From: an uncultured Fibrobacterota bacterium
Lineage (GTDB): Bacteria > Fibrobacterota > Chitinivibrionia > Chitinivibrionales > FEN-1185
Assembly (NCBI GenBank): GCA_963729895.1
Contig: CAVSQB010000016.1
Span: forward strand, 86,734 to 150,733
Length of the DNA stretch: 64,000 bases
Direction: 5' to 3'
The stretch's first letter is position 1. Every line of letters begins with the position of its first letter. The notes beneath the pieces are model-generated. The model was not told the DNA's origin. It did no database searches and saw only the letters and a list, made by a program, of their open reading frames with translations. Below are positions 19,594-29,109 of this stretch, in pieces. The position numbers and the translations under genes were made by a program.

Positions 19594-20253
19594 ATGGTGA
19601 GAATGCGGGGCAAAATGGAGGAACAGGAAATTTCAAGCCCGGGCCGGTTAAAACAATGTGCGAAGGTCCTGTCCTTTATCGTGACCGCCTCGGGGCTCGC
19701 TGTCATGGCGGGGTGGATATTCGATATCGAAGCGTGCAAGAGCATCTCCCCGGCCTTTATCAGCATGAAATTTTCAACCGCATTCGCTTTCGTGATAAGC
19801 GGGATTTCTCTTTATTTTTTGGTAAGGGCCCATGAAGGAGAGATTGAAAAAGCCCAGGTTGCCCTTTCCATAACCTCGTTCACTCTTGCACTTCTCATGG
19901 GCCTGCTTCTCTCTTCCGCCGTCTTCGGCATAGACACCGGGATTGAAAGCCTGTTTGTGAGGGAAATCGGCGGTGTGAAAAGCGTTGTGCCGGGCAGGCC
20001 GTCAATGCCCACCATGGTAAGCTTTCTGCTTATCGCCTTTGCGGGCATCCTTACCCTTCTCAATCCCGAAAGACCGGGCCCGAAATTCAAAATCACCGGC
20101 CTCACAGTATGCGCCGTTGGGGCGGTTGCTGTGGCAGGTTATGTTTTGAATGCTCCGCTGCTTTATTATTATGTGCCGGCGGTCAACTCGGCGATGGCCA
20201 TTCAAACAGCGCTGTTATTCGTCTTGTGCGGAATGGGTTTGGCATGTCTATAA
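19594..20253 (+). CDS. Stand-alone multi-TM membrane sensor-like protein
   Basis: About six hydrophobic segments (GWIFDIEACKSISPAFISMKFSTA, RPSMPT, SAMAIQTA), resembling the N-terminal membrane domain of many histidine kinases. Start uncertain. Confidence 0.7.
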   Translation: MVRMRGKMEEQEISSPGRLKQCAKVLSFIVTASGLAVMAGWIFDIEACKSISPAFISMKFSTAFAFVISGISLYFLVRAHEGEIEKAQVALSITSFTLALLMGLLLSSAVFGIDTGIESLFVREIGGVKSVVPGRPSMPTMVSFLLIAFAGILTLLNPERPGPKFKITGLTVCAVGAVAVAGYVLNAPLLYYYVPAVNSAMAIQTALLFVLCGMGLACL

Positions 20254-22151
20254 GAGCCAGGCTTACCGTTATCATTCTTGCGCTCGTTTCTCTTCCCTTG
20301 GTATTTGTGAGCGTCATCACCTTTTCGCGCTATCAAGATTCACTCACCACGAGCCGGTTGTCGCAGCTGCAGAGTCTGGCCCGATACAAGGCCGAAAAAA
20401 TCGAGACATATTTTGAAGAATTGAAAAATACCCTCATCATGTCACAGAGATTCTTTAATGTTCGCCAGCACCTGTCTATTCTGGCCCGCTCATATAAGAA
20501 CCCTCATGAAAGAGGGGCCGGCGCCGCCAAAGAAGCGCTCGACGGTCAGTTGATCAGGATGCAGAAAGTACTGGATCTTGCCGACATCATGCTCGCCGAC
20601 AAGAACGGCACGATCGTTTATGTGAGCAACCCAGGCCACGACACGATGGACCTCTATAAGTCTCTCGAAGACATTTCACCGCAATCATTCAAACAGGGGA
20701 AAAAAGACGTTTACTTTTCCGATCCGTTCATCAACAAGGTCGTGCAAAACAAGCCCGAAATGCTGGCCATTGCCCCGGTTTCGGATTTAAACGGCGTCCC
20801 TGTCGGGACCATTATCTTTGAAATCGACATGGCGCCGATGTTCCGGCTGATTCAGGACACCGTCGGACTTGGCGCCACGGGCGAAATTCTCATAGGAAAA
20901 AAATCCGGGGACCACATCGTTTATTTGAATCCCTTGAGGCATGATAAAACGCCGGTTATGACGAGACGCGTTCGCATCGGAGGCAGCCAAGGCATTCCAA
21001 TCCAGCACGCCGTTTCCGGCAACACGGGGATCGGCGAGTCGGTCGATTACCGGGGAAAAAAGGTAGTGGCCGCCTGGACGAATATCCCGTTCCTCGATTG
21101 GGGGCTTGTGGCCAAGATAGACGCGCAGGAAGAGTATGCCATCGTGACAAATCTGCAACGGATGATTGTCATGATACTGGCCGTTATCTTCCTTCTGGTG
21201 GTCGTTATAACGTATTCAGTCGCAAAATCTATTTCCGTTCCCATACAAAATCTTACCAAAGGCGCGGAAACAGTCGGGAGCGGGAACCTGGACTACAAGG
21301 TGGGGACCAACCTGAAAGACGAAATAGGCCGGCTCTCGCGCTCCTTCGACAAAATGACGCACGATCTGAAGGAGACGGTGGCATCGCGCGACGACCTGAA
21401 TAGGGAAGTAGCGGTACGCAAGCAGGCGGAGGCGGCCCTGCGGCTGACGGCCGAAGACCTTACCCGCTCCAACAAAGACCTGGAGCAGTTCGCCTATGTT
21501 GCGTCGCACGATTTGCAGGAGCCGCTGCGGGCCGTTGCAGGTTTTGTGGGTCTGCTCAAAAAGCAATATTTTGACAAACTGGACGACCAGGCCCGGGAAT
21601 ACATCGATTTTTCGGTGGAAGGAGCGGAACGGATGCAGAGCCTCATCGAAGGCCTGCTCGCCTTCTCCCGCGTGGGAACCCGGGGCGGCGAGTTTGCCGC
21701 CATGGACGTGAAGAATGCCGTTGAGAGTGCGCTCAAGAGCCTCCGGGTCCTTATTGAAGAGAATAATGCCGTTGTCACGTGCGATGCCATGCCCAAAATC
21801 TTTGCGGACCTGTCGCAGATCACACAGTTGTTCCAGAACCTCATCGCAAACGCAATCAAGTTCCACGGCCCCGCGCGGCCCGAGGTGTTTGTAGGCGCAC
21901 AGCGGAAAGACCGCGCCTGGGAAATTTACGTGCGCGACAACGGGATCGGCATCGAACCGCAGTATTTCCAAAAGATATTCCTGATCTTCCAACGGCTCCA
22001 CACCCGGTCGCGGTACCAAGGCACGGGCATCGGCCTTGCCGTGTGCAGAAAGATCGTGGAGCGCCATGGCGGAGAAATATGGGTCGAATCCGCCCCCGGA
22101 AGCGGATCGACTTTTCACTTTACCATTCCTGACAAAGGAGAGAACGTATGA
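20244..22151 (+). CDS. Sensor histidine kinase (TM-Cache-TM-HAMP-HisKA-HATPase; Cph1-type kinase core)
   Basis: LEQFAYVASHDLQEPLR H-box, QNLIANAIKF, DNGIGI and GTGIGLA. HAMP motif DEIGRLSRSFDKM. Confidence 0.93.
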   Translation: MSIRARLTVIILALVSLPLVFVSVITFSRYQDSLTTSRLSQLQSLARYKAEKIETYFEELKNTLIMSQRFFNVRQHLSILARSYKNPHERGAGAAKEALDGQLIRMQKVLDLADIMLADKNGTIVYVSNPGHDTMDLYKSLEDISPQSFKQGKKDVYFSDPFINKVVQNKPEMLAIAPVSDLNGVPVGTIIFEIDMAPMFRLIQDTVGLGATGEILIGKKSGDHIVYLNPLRHDKTPVMTRRVRIGGSQGIPIQHAVSGNTGIGESVDYRGKKVVAAWTNIPFLDWGLVAKIDAQEEYAIVTNLQRMIVMILAVIFLLVVVITYSVAKSISVPIQNLTKGAETVGSGNLDYKVGTNLKDEIGRLSRSFDKMTHDLKETVASRDDLNREVAVRKQAEAALRLTAEDLTRSNKDLEQFAYVASHDLQEPLRAVAGFVGLLKKQYFDKLDDQAREYIDFSVEGAERMQSLIEGLLAFSRVGTRGGEFAAMDVKNAVESALKSLRVLIEENNAVVTCDAMPKIFADLSQITQLFQNLIANAIKFHGPARPEVFVGAQRKDRAWEIYVRDNGIGIEPQYFQKIFLIFQRLHTRSRYQGTGIGLAVCRKIVERHGGEIWVESAPGSGSTFHFTIPDKGENV

Positions 22152-22603
22152 GTCCGATTAAGACCCGGCCAATCCAGATATTGTTGGTTGAAGACAGCCC
22201 GAGCGACGCGAGGTTGACCATATCGGCGCTCCAGCTTGCAAAGGTGGCAAACGAGTTGCACCACGTTGAGGACGGTGTGGAGGCGATGGAGTTTCTCAAG
22301 CGGCAGGGAAAGTACCAGAATTCACCGAGGCCGGACCTGATTCTGCTCGACCTCAACCTTCCCAAAAAAGATGGTCGGGAGGTTCTTGAAGAAATGAAAG
22401 TGGACGCGAAACTCAGCACCATCCCGGTGATTGTGCTGACCACGTCCAGCGCGGAAAAAGACGTCCTGCGGTCGTACCAGCTTCATGCAAATTGTTACGT
22501 CACCAAGCCGGTAAACTTCGACCGTTTCCTTGAATGCGTCCGGTCCATAGAACACTTCTGGCTGTCGGTGGTGGTGCTGCCTACAGAGGAGAATAACCAT
22601 TGA
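22148..22603 (+). CDS. Single-domain response regulator, Rcp1-like
   Basis: ILLVEDS, PDLILLDLNLPKKDG, VLTTSSAE and ANCYVTKP. Overlaps the kinase stop. Confidence 0.92.
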   Translation: MSPIKTRPIQILLVEDSPSDARLTISALQLAKVANELHHVEDGVEAMEFLKRQGKYQNSPRPDLILLDLNLPKKDGREVLEEMKVDAKLSTIPVIVLTTSSAEKDVLRSYQLHANCYVTKPVNFDRFLECVRSIEHFWLSVVVLPTEENNH

Positions 22604-22654
22604 CCGTTGCGGCGCAATCAATGATTCCCCTGGCGCAATCCGTAAACGTCGGGT

Positions 22655-23035
22655 TCAAACTATTCCCATCGAGGCAATCAGCTGCTTTACTTTCTGGGGG
22701 GAGACCGGTTTTTCGAGGTAGAAATGCGCTCCGAGCGAAAAGACCTTTTCTTTGGTTTTTTCGTCGCCGTAGGCGGTCATGACGATAATTCTGCATTCCT
22801 TTTGTTTTTCGGCCACGGTTTGAATAACGGCATAACCGTCGTCGCTCGTGTCACCGCTCAGCCTGAGGTCTGCGATAACGGCATCGTAGGGATTATGTTC
22901 TATGAGGTCCAATGCCTGACCGAGCGTTGCCGCAGAGTGTATGTCCAGGCCTGGAGCGGCAAGTACTTTTGTAAATGCGAACAAAATCGCTTCTTCGTCA
23001 TCCACTACTAAAATCTTCTTGGGTGCGTTATTCAT
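22655..23035 (-). CDS. Single-domain response regulator (receiver)
   Basis: ILVVDDE, VIADLRL, VMTAYG and YLEKP. Confidence 0.9.
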   Translation of the reverse strand: MNNAPKKILVVDDEEAILFAFTKVLAAPGLDIHSAATLGQALDLIEHNPYDAVIADLRLSGDTSDDGYAVIQTVAEKQKECRIIVMTAYGDEKTKEKVFSLGAHFYLEKPVSPQKVKQLIASMGIV

Positions 23036-23288
23036 TCCTTCTTTTCCTTAATGAAGATATGCAATCACTTCGGGAGAGCTTTGCACAGGCGCACCAAAAT
23101 GACGCCCCTCACCTATCATTATCGCAATACTCTTGCCAAAACGTCCAATGTTTCCAATTGCTGCGTAATGCGGTCGATTTCCCTCAAAAAATGGCTTGTG
23201 ATTCTTAAAACCGGCAACCAGTCTTCCCATTAGCGAAACAAAAGAGATCGCTTTGCCGCCCGAAGAACCTCAAAGCATTGCAGTCGTC

Positions 23289-23304
23289 TGGCATGCCTAT
23301 TGCG
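23289..23304 (+). promoter_or_regulatory. Candidate sigma-54 (-24/-12) promoter
   Basis: TGGCATGCCTATTGCG (GG-N10-GC), upstream of the ORFs at 23446 and 23734. Confidence 0.7.
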
Positions 23305-23445
23305 GTTTTTAACCGTCATGACCAAAAGGATGTGCAGAGTTTCCAAGCAGTTTGAGGTTCACCTCCCGGTCGCGGAGCCAAAGACCGTCTGGCCGGGGTT
23401 CAGTGAAGGTTGTTGTAAGGCGGGAATGGAGAACGGAGGTCAGGT

Positions 23446-23703
23446 ATGATGAGTGTTGACAAAATGCAATGTCTTGAATGCAGTGAGAACGAACTGTGTC
23501 CGTCCGACACACGTGTGTATGTCAACTATTGCGGAAGCATGCCGGACTCGCTCAAAGACGATATTTACCGCGCGAAAGTGGAATGTCGTATGCGCCGCCG
23601 CCGTTTGAGATATCGCGGACTTCCTGAAGGTTCCCGCATTGCCGCCGGCGCCGCCGCGGTCATGAGCGGGGCGAACCTGACGGTCGCGCATTGCAGCGTC
23701 TGA
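23446..23703 (+). CDS. Small Cys-rich hypothetical protein
   Basis: GGAGGT RBS just upstream. Sequence has CxxC-x5-C-x10-C followed by a basic RMRRRRLR segment. Confidence 0.55.
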   Translation: MMSVDKMQCLECSENELCPSDTRVYVNYCGSMPDSLKDDIYRAKVECRMRRRRLRYRGLPEGSRIAAGAAAVMSGANLTVAHCSV

Positions 23704-23733
23704 GCACGACAATTTTGATGCAAGGGGTATAAA

Positions 23734-24297
23734 ATGGAAGCCACGCTTATAGAACGCGATAGAGGCGCTGATGCCGGGGTTTCTTCGCCTGCGCCACGGG
23801 AGGCTGCAGCCAAAGAGACGCTGGAAGAGCCCATGAAGCAGTACATGTATTTTGCATTCAGGCGGAGCACGCGCGACGCAGAATCGTACGAAACGGCGGC
23901 GGCCTTGATTCCCGCAGATGAGCGGCGTGCTTTCTTGACCGAGATGGCCTTAAGAAAACGACAGGAGGCGGAAAAGCTGTATGCGTACTATCAAGCAGAT
24001 GCGGTCCGAATGCTGCAAAACCTGAAGAAGCGGAACGCTTTTGCCCTCCCGCATTATCAGGCGCCCCTGGATCCTGCTCAGATAGCCTCCATAGAGGACA
24101 CGTACTCGTTTGCGTTCAAGCGTGAGCACAGCAATCTCGAATTATATTCAAAACTTTCCGGGCTCGACAGCAATCCGAACACAAAACTCCTGTTCAATTA
24201 CCTTTGCCATTTGCAAATGAGTCACATCGCCTTTGTGGAAAAAAAGCTCGTTGAGGCCAACGGTCGTTTCTTTGCAGACTGGAACGGCTCGCTTTAG
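23734..24297 (+). CDS. Ferritin/rubrerythrin-like protein with degenerate ligands
   Basis: FAFKREHSNLELYSKL...KLLFNYLCHLQMSHIAFVE follows the rubrerythrin helix-pair pattern. Confidence 0.68.
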   Translation: MEATLIERDRGADAGVSSPAPREAAAKETLEEPMKQYMYFAFRRSTRDAESYETAAALIPADERRAFLTEMALRKRQEAEKLYAYYQADAVRMLQNLKKRNAFALPHYQAPLDPAQIASIEDTYSFAFKREHSNLELYSKLSGLDSNPNTKLLFNYLCHLQMSHIAFVEKKLVEANGRFFADWNGSL

Positions 24298-24354
24298 CGA
24301 ACCGCAGCACCGGACGCGAAACCGCTTTCAGGGACGGCGGGCCGCCGTCCGACC

Positions 24355-25704
24355 TCATGCTTTGGCGTTTTCGCCTATTTTTGCAAGTTTTCTGTAGAGG
24401 GACGAGAGTGAGAGGCCGAGCACTTCGCTGGCCTTGTACTTGTCGCCTTTGCAGTGTTCGAGCACCTTTAGGATGTGCCCTTTTTCCATCTCATCAAGAC
24501 TTACGAGCGAGGCGCCGTCGCCGCCGGAAACGTGGGCCGCGGCCTGGAGCCCGAGCCCGGGAAAATGGGCGGCCGCAAGGTCCTGGCCCCGCGACAGCAG
24601 GCACGCTCTCTCCAGCATGTTCCTCAGCTCACGGATATTTCCGGGCCATGCGTAGCCGGTGAGCATGTGGACAACCTCGGGCGAAAGCGGAAGGTGCGAA
24701 TAATCAAAACTCTTCAGAAGTTGCTCGCCCAGCCCGGGAATATCTTCCTTCCTTTCCCGTAGCGACGGCATACGGATAGGAAATACGCAGATGCGGTAAT
24801 AAAGGTCGTTTCGAAACCTTCCGCTTTCGGTTTCCTTGAGAAGGTCTTTGTTGGTTGCGCAAATAAGCCGAAAATCGCTCTTCCTCAGTTGGTTCTCACC
24901 TATCCGGCGAAACGACCGCTCCTCGATGGTCTTGAGCAATTGCGTCTGCACCTCCATGTCCATGTCGCCTATCTCGTCCAGAAACAACGTACCGCCGTCG
25001 GCAACCTCAATCAGCCCTTCTCTGTCTTTTATCGATGACGTAAACGATCCTTTTACGTGACCGAACAATTCGCTTCGAAGGAGCTCCCCCTTCAGGCTCG
25101 AACAGTTGAGTTCGACAAACGCCTCCCCTTTCCTTTCGCCGTGGTTGTGGATCCACCGCGCAAGAACTCCCTTCCCCGTTCCCGTTTCTCCAAGAATAAG
25201 CACCACCGTGTCGTTTGCGGCAGCCACCGATGCATGTTCCAGAATTTCGGAAACGGCATGGCTCGAACCAAAATATGGATCTTCTTGCTTCACAAGCCGG
25301 TTCTGCACAAGCGCCTGTTTGCGCAGCGACCCGATTTCCAGCGACTTCTCCAGCGAAGCCAATAAATCGGCCATATCTACCGGTTTGGTGAGAAAATCCT
25401 CCGCCCCGCACTTCGTGGCCTTTACCGCGGTGGGAATGTCCCCGCTCCCCGTTATCACGATCACCGGAAGCGTCGGATACGCTTTCTTCAGCTCCGGCAG
25501 CCATTCCATTGCGTTGCCGTCGGGCAGTTTCAGGTCCAGCATAATCGCGTCGAACCGGTCCGACGAAATGGCAGTCTTTGCTTCGCCAAGACTGGGTGTG
25601 CTTTTGGTGGCATACCCGTTCTTCGCAAGATAGCGCTCGTAGCCGAACAACGCGGCTTCGTCGTCCTCAACCAAGAGAAGTTTGTGTTGTCTCATTTGTC
25701 CCAA
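24355..25704 (-). CDS. NtrC-family sigma-54-dependent response regulator (REC-AAA+-Fis HTH)
   Basis: LLVEDD receiver, GETGTGKG, LFLDEIG, FRNDLYYRI, WPGNIRELRN and a C-terminal HTH. The GAFTGA loop reads GSFTSS. Confidence 0.93.
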   Translation of the reverse strand: MGQMRQHKLLLVEDDEAALFGYERYLAKNGYATKSTPSLGEAKTAISSDRFDAIMLDLKLPDGNAMEWLPELKKAYPTLPVIVITGSGDIPTAVKATKCGAEDFLTKPVDMADLLASLEKSLEIGSLRKQALVQNRLVKQEDPYFGSSHAVSEILEHASVAAANDTVVLILGETGTGKGVLARWIHNHGERKGEAFVELNCSSLKGELLRSELFGHVKGSFTSSIKDREGLIEVADGGTLFLDEIGDMDMEVQTQLLKTIEERSFRRIGENQLRKSDFRLICATNKDLLKETESGRFRNDLYYRICVFPIRMPSLRERKEDIPGLGEQLLKSFDYSHLPLSPEVVHMLTGYAWPGNIRELRNMLERACLLSRGQDLAAAHFPGLGLQAAAHVSGGDGASLVSLDEMEKGHILKVLEHCKGDKYKASEVLGLSLSSLYRKLAKIGENAKA

Positions 25705-26113
25705 CCGGTGAAAAAGTTTTGGGCGCGCACAGGTTTCGCCGCATTCCGAAAAACGGTTCCTGGTATCGACAAAATACGTCGGGTAGAGGCCTGGTCACAG
25801 CGATTTGTACCGCCTTGGCGCTGGCACCTTCTTTGCCGCTTATTCCAAATGGTAAGGATACAAAGCCTGCCGGATAAAGTCGAAACCCGCGGGAAACTTT
25901 ATCCTCATTGAAAGCAAGCTTCGTGCCGCTTGCTGATTTAGTCAAGTATTTGGCTAGCCAAATATGAAATCAGGCGGCGGCAAAGAGCCTATGTACGGCA
26001 TGTTTGTGGATGCGAAATCAAAAAAGACTTCCGCTATTTGCAAATCCTTTTGCATAAATGGGAATCATCCCAGCTGTACGGTATTGCGCGAACAGTCTCA
26101 TCGGTTTGCGGAG

Positions 26114-26129
26114 TGGAACGGGAATTGCG
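26114..26129 (+). promoter_or_regulatory. Candidate sigma-54 (-24/-12) promoter
   Basis: TGGAACGGGAATTGCG (GG-N10-GC), in the divergent gap next to the activator gene and about 130 nt upstream of 26261. Confidence 0.55.
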
Positions 26130-26260
26130 TGATGTTATTGGTATCTGATTCCGCGGACGGCCCGAAGAAGCGCGGGAGGCAGGGAGTTTGCACGGACGAC
26201 GGCACATGCGGGTCACGCTTTGGTTTTCGACAATTATCACTTATCAAGCAGGAGGCATCT

Positions 26261-27001
26261 ATGAATACCGTCGGAAGAATCCTAATAGCTTTCGGCCTTG
26301 TGCTGGCCGCAATGGTTCCTCGGGCAAGCGCCATGAACGGCGACACGGCCATGATGAAACCGACACACGAATTCAGATATGTAAGCCCGGGTTACTCATG
26401 GGCAGACCTGGGAAAGGTCAACGCGTTTCTTAACTCGGAAGGCCTCGCGGGATTTTCCGATCAGGCGTGGACCATCGCGCTTGGCGGATACAGGGACTAC
26501 CACAGGTTCATCATGGAAAGCGCGCTTTCGGCGCGTATCTGGGGCAGCAATCTGACCGGCTCGCTTCGCGTTTCACTGTTTGCCGGTGACCTGACCTGGA
26601 ACACCGGGTTCAACGTACTGCCTCCGGAATGGTCGACAAGCGTGTACCCCTACCTCGGATTGGGTGTCGGTTTGAACGACTTGTATTTCCGTGCCAATTC
26701 GAGGTCGCTCGGGTCGTTGCTTTCGTCAGTAGATTCCAATTTCTCCGCCTGGGAGCTTACGCCGCTTCTCAACCTGGGAATCGGTTCTAATTTTCTGCTT
26801 CCCAATAAGGACGGCACCAAAGGTCTCGCCATAGGACTCAGGGTAGGATATCTGGTAGACCTTTACACGAGCAAACGATGGTATTCCGACGGCATCTATG
26901 TCAACAATTTGCCGTCGATTCTGCAGAGCGGTCCCTACATCCGCCTGATTATAGGAGGATGGGGAAGCCACCACATGCATCACCATCACGACGAAGCCTG
27001 A
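26261..27001 (+). CDS. Exported, probably outer-membrane beta-barrel protein with a His-rich tail
   Basis: GGAGG RBS, signal peptide, amphipathic strands (VYPYLGLGVG, LAIGLRVGY, GPYIRLIIG), and C-terminus HHMHHHHDEA. Confidence 0.7.
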   Translation: MNTVGRILIAFGLVLAAMVPRASAMNGDTAMMKPTHEFRYVSPGYSWADLGKVNAFLNSEGLAGFSDQAWTIALGGYRDYHRFIMESALSARIWGSNLTGSLRVSLFAGDLTWNTGFNVLPPEWSTSVYPYLGLGVGLNDLYFRANSRSLGSLLSSVDSNFSAWELTPLLNLGIGSNFLLPNKDGTKGLAIGLRVGYLVDLYTSKRWYSDGIYVNNLPSILQSGPYIRLIIGGWGSHHMHHHHDEA

Positions 27002-27010
27002 GAGGAAAAC

Positions 27011-27874
27011 ATGGGAGAACAGATTCCCATACCATTGAACGGTAGAACGGCGATCGTGACGGGAGCAAGCTCGGGCATCGGCAAAGTGACCGCGGCGGAG
27101 CTTGCCAGGACCGGCGCGCACGTGGTGATGGTATGCCGTCAAGGGGCAAAAGCCGAGGCGGCGCTCAAAGAGGTGGTAAAAGCATCGGGAAGCGCCTCCG
27201 TGGAACTTCTGACCGCGGATCTTTCGAGCCAGGCTTCGATCCGCGAGTGCGCACGCGCATTCCGGAATGCGCATGACCGGTTGCACGTTCTGGTCAACAA
27301 TGCCGGGATATTCTTGCCCGATTACCAGGTGACCATAGACGGGTTTGAGCGCACTTTTGCAACAAACCACCTCGCGTATTTTCTGCTCACGAACCTCCTG
27401 CTCGACCTGCTCAAGAAAAGCGCGCCGGCGCGCGTCGTGTGCGTCGCGTCGGAAGCCCAACGATGGGGAAAAATCGATTTTGACGATTTGCAGGGCGGGC
27501 GCCGATACAGCGGCATGAAGGCATATTCCCAATCGAAGCTGGCGAACGTCCTCTTCACGTATGAACTTGCCAGAAGGCTTGAAGGGACGGGCGTCACCGC
27601 CAATTGCGTGCACCCGGGCCTGGTGCGCAGCGGCTGGGGGCGCTCGGCCAAGGGCTTGTTCAAGGCAGGCTTGACTCTGGCTACCCCCTTTATGGTGTCG
27701 CCGGAAGAGGGCGCGAAGACATCGGTCTTTGTCGCTCTGTCACCCGAAGTCGAGGGAGTAACCGGGAAGTACTTCATTAAGTGCAAACCGGCACAATCAA
27801 TTGACATATCGTATGATGCCGTGCTGGCCGCCAAGCTGTGGGGGACAAGCGAACGCCTCACGGAAATCTCCTGA
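27011..27874 (+). CDS. SDR-family oxidoreductase (retinol-dehydrogenase-like)
   Basis: VTGASSGIG, LVNNAG and YSQSK (YxxxK). Confidence 0.93.
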   Translation: MGEQIPIPLNGRTAIVTGASSGIGKVTAAELARTGAHVVMVCRQGAKAEAALKEVVKASGSASVELLTADLSSQASIRECARAFRNAHDRLHVLVNNAGIFLPDYQVTIDGFERTFATNHLAYFLLTNLLLDLLKKSAPARVVCVASEAQRWGKIDFDDLQGGRRYSGMKAYSQSKLANVLFTYELARRLEGTGVTANCVHPGLVRSGWGRSAKGLFKAGLTLATPFMVSPEEGAKTSVFVALSPEVEGVTGKYFIKCKPAQSIDISYDAVLAAKLWGTSERLTEIS

Positions 27875-27888
27875 ACGCACATCCCCTT

Positions 27889-28800
27889 CTAGTGCTTGAG
27901 GACGTTTAAGGCCGTGCGTAGTCCCTGTGCGAGCGCCGTCACTTTTCCTTTTCCCCAGAAATGCACAAAAATGATCCGCGGGGTTTCTTCAGTCATGTGA
28001 TTGTGGATGGCAAGGACATATATGTCGGCGGTCCGGAGGGCCACGAGAACGTTTCTGAGTTCGTTTTCTTCAACGGCAAAATCGCCGTCGGCCATTGCAG
28101 AGTCCTGGGTTCCGGCAAACCCGATCCAGGTGCCCACGCCCATGCCTTGTCCCGCCTCGCACCCGCAGGACATCTTGGTTTTCCTGCCGATAACCGCCTT
28201 GAACATGCCATTATTCGATTCCCCGCGAACGCCAAGGATCTTTTCGATTGCGGCCGCGGAAAGCGAGCTCTTCTGAGGAATGGCCGTACCGCCGAATCCT
28301 TTATGGGGCTGAAGCTGCAGAACGCGAATGTCGATCACCTTTTCCATTACGTTCCTGTAGGCGATTGCAAGGCGCGACGCGCTGTCTTCCCCGTGAATGT
28401 GCATGAAAAAGACTTTCGGCTCATCGTAGAAGAAGTGGTTGTGCAATGCCGTCACCTCGAGCCCGTTCTGCAGCGCGACGCTCATGACCGGATTTACCTC
28501 GTCCTGGAGAAGCGCGAAATCACCCATCATCATGACGTGATCCTCGGACAATGCCTTGAATGCGGCCCAGCTTGACATTCCGAGAAATGGCGGCAGCGCA
28601 AACCCGTCCACCGTAACCTTGATATCCGTTTTCGGGCTCGACACCCTGTACACGCCTTCCTCAGCGTTCCATGTGCCCTGTAGTGCGAGAATGGCATGGA
28701 TCTTTGCCGTATCCAGCGGAGTGTCCTGCCCTGCGCTTTGCGCAACCGGAATGCCGCACATGAACGCCGCAAAAAGCAGCTTGGTTCCCCATGGCTTCAT
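27889..28800 (-). CDS. DUF1259 (LppY/LpqO-like) exported protein
   Basis: Two repeats, TALHNHFF..P..FFMHIHG and LAIHNHM...PRIIFVHFWG. ATG at 28800 with an AGGAGG RBS and a signal peptide. Confidence 0.85.
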   Translation of the reverse strand: MKPWGTKLLFAAFMCGIPVAQSAGQDTPLDTAKIHAILALQGTWNAEEGVYRVSSPKTDIKVTVDGFALPPFLGMSSWAAFKALSEDHVMMMGDFALLQDEVNPVMSVALQNGLEVTALHNHFFYDEPKVFFMHIHGEDSASRLAIAYRNVMEKVIDIRVLQLQPHKGFGGTAIPQKSSLSAAAIEKILGVRGESNNGMFKAVIGRKTKMSCGCEAGQGMGVGTWIGFAGTQDSAMADGDFAVEENELRNVLVALRTADIYVLAIHNHMTEETPRIIFVHFWGKGKVTALAQGLRTALNVLKH

Positions 28801-28887
28801 CTTTATCCTCCTTAGCGTCTTCCTTTTGTTGTTGCGGGAGTCTTGGGGCGCGGTCCGCCCGCGGCCGGCCGAGGTTCCAGTCAAAAA

Positions 28888-28903
28888 TGCAATATCCGTG
28901 CCA
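28888..28903 (-). promoter_or_regulatory. Sigma-54 (-24/-12) promoter
   Basis: Minus strand TGGCACGGATATTGCA, matching the TGGCACG-N4-TTGCW consensus, about 90 nt upstream of the DUF1259 gene. Confidence 0.82.
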
Positions 28904-29109
28904 TCTGACACTTTGAAGGCAACTGAGCGCCAACGGCGTTGTGCCTTTTTCGTTTTCGCACTGCGGGCCCTCAAGGCTTGAAAGCCGATTCCCCGGCGTT
29001 TGCTCACATGCTTGTCAATTACCGAAGCACATTGTATTATTAGTAACGTAAAATTGGAACGCAAAAAATCCGGCCCGTACTTTTCCTTTTTCAACCCAGG
29101 AATCTCGCC

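Noticed and set aside
23305..23445. Possible riboswitch in the leader after the sigma-54 box
   Set aside because: Some pairing is possible, but I could not match any known aptamer consensus by eye. An Rfam scan would be needed.
25964..26260. N-terminal extensions in the ORF track (also 12674, 16453, 20109, 29094, 41330, 50298)
   Set aside because: Downstream starts have better RBSs, signal peptides or stop/start coupling, and several extensions overlap promoters or neighbouring genes.
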